Positions 34,472 through 34,608 of a DNA stretch of 34,608 bases are shown one piece after another. The stretch's first letter is position 1; every line of letters begins with the position of its first letter. Location of the stretch: the sequence record SRR2962707_4511; one strand, 5' to 3'. The notes under the pieces are model-generated. The model saw only the letters and a program-made list of their open reading frames with translations. It made no database searches and had not been told where the DNA came from. A program made the position numbers and the translations under genes.

Positions 34472-34608
34472 ATGAGCAACGAAATCGTCGTCTGCGCGCT
34501 CTACAAGTTCGCAGTCCTCAATGATTACAAAGATCTACGCCAGCCCTTGCTGAACCTGATGCTGGAAAAAGGCGTGCACGGCACCCTGCTGCTGGCCCGC
34601 GAAGGCAT
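34472..34608 (+). CDS. trhO: tRNA uridine(34) hydroxylase / rhodanese-domain protein, N-terminus (runs off right edge)
   Basis: [13 protein letters not shown]...GTLLLAREG matches the YceA/TrhO N-terminus. AGGAG lies upstream. Confidence 0.85.
   Translation, partial: MSNEIVVCALYKFAVLNDYKDLRQPLLNLMLEKGVHGTLLLAREG

Overview
GC-rich gammaproteobacterial chromosome segment (gene content and protein style suggest Marinobacter or a relative; inference only). In order: (1) 3' end of class II fructose-bisphosphate aldolase and its terminator. (2) A six-gene predicted peptide-ligase/tagging cluster: Zn-ribbon HExxH peptidase, two circularly permuted ATP-grasp ligases, two alpha-E domains, two transglutaminase-like proteins (one fused to a DUF2126-type ligase), and no Anbu proteasome gene in this window. 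(3) A probable anti-phage island: a four-gene Zorya type III-like operon divergent from a 1747-aa Hhe-like DUF4011/SF1 helicase/Vsr-like protein that carries an N-terminal transglutaminase-like Cys-His-Glu domain. (4) An MFS transporter. (5) An SGNH-hydrolase lipoprotein paired with a lipase-foldase-like protein. (6) cbpA-cbpM, a 58-aa gene missing from the ORF track, and a chemoreceptor. (7) An uncharacterised module of two very acidic DUF5666-repeat lipoproteins flanking a DUF6502-like HTH protein and a truncated paralogue of it, marked by three copies of the palindrome TGGGA-N6-TCCCA. This is the best candidate for an undescribed regulatory system. (8) acpH, a nitronate monooxygenase-family gene, a DsbA-family gene and the start of trhO. 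No rRNA, tRNA, CRISPR array, integrase or transposase was recognised. Family names come from motif recognition, not database searches.
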